In this document: positions 63,304 through 64,000 of the stretch, one piece after another
Numbering within the stretch: position 1 is the first letter of the stretch
Layout: every line of letters begins with the position of its first letter
From: Octopus vulgaris
Lineage: Eukaryota
Length of the DNA stretch: 64,000 nucleotides
Direction: 5' to 3'
Assembly (NCBI GenBank): GCA_951406725.2
Contig: OX597827.1
Coordinates: 56,482,001 to 56,546,000 of the forward strand
Program-made: the position numbers and the translations under genes
Notes under the pieces: model-generated
Databases searched by the model: none
The model's input: only the letters and a program-made list of their open reading frames with translations
What the model was told of the DNA's origin: nothing

Positions 63304-64000
63304 ATGTATATATGTATATATCTGTGTGTGTATGTATGTTTGTGTGTCTGTGTTTGTCATCCCAACATCGCTTGACAACCGATGCTGGTGTGTTTATGTG
63401 CCTATAACTTAGCGGGTCGGCAGAAATACCGATAGAATAAGTACTAGGCTTACAAGGAATAAGTCCTAGTGTCGATTTGCTCGACTAAAAGTGGCGCTCC
63501 TGCATGGCCACAGTCGAATGACTGAAACAAATAAAAGAATAAAAAAATATATTATACAAACTCAAGGTTTGTCTGTTTTCCTGTCATTTGATTAAGATGA
63601 TAAAGATTTAAAATAAAATCTCCCTTTAAGAAAAAAACAAAACAAAAACAAGTTGAAAATATCGACACTTCAAAGAGGCGTCATCTGTACGTCCTTTCTT
63701 CCTAACTTTCTTTTTTCTTCCCTTAATCATTTATACAACTTTCGGAGTGGTGTGGACTTGAAAGACAGAAATTCTCCCTATATTTTTTATGAGATATTTT
63801 TGAATCACGGGTACTTGATTTTTTTCTTAAAGGGAAAAATTACTATTTTATTTAAAATGAAATAATCTTTAATCATCTTAATCAAAAGGCAGAAAAAGAA
63901 ACTGAGAGACTATCTTTTTGTAGACGAAGATCAGTAGCAATGGGAGGAGTTGAATCACATAAGAATGGAAAAGCAAACAACAACGAATGTGTTGTACCCT

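Overview
Eukaryotic, AT-rich, intron-rich DNA crowded with (TA)n microsatellites and SINEs. The repeat landscape looks like Octopus or another coleoid cephalopod (inference, not proven). Four spliced protein-coding genes can be built by hand. (1) PAICS on the minus strand: first four coding exons, running off the left edge. (2) A complete three-exon SFR1/MEI5 on the plus strand (~304 aa). (3) A small acidic orphan gene on the plus strand (143-aa ORF with a SUMO-interacting-like motif), followed by a second 58-aa ORF. (4) The 3' six exons of a Pif/LamG3-like chitin-binding + laminin-G gene on the minus strand. The rest is SINEs, CR1/RTE LINE remnants, a Tc1/mariner fragment, TTAA- and TA-type MITEs, non-autonomous Helitrons and a solo LTR. 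The most interesting unexplained signal is non-coding. Several unrelated short elements, many embedded in (TA)n, carry fold-back (inverted) arms and/or minimal type-I hammerhead ribozyme motifs (near-intact at 24672-24709 and 28965-29049, decayed elsewhere). One is joined to an inverted pair of tRNA-like Pol III heads. These are best read as Penelope-like pseudo-LTRs or retrozyme-like non-autonomous elements. All calls were made by eye, and repeat boundaries are approximate.
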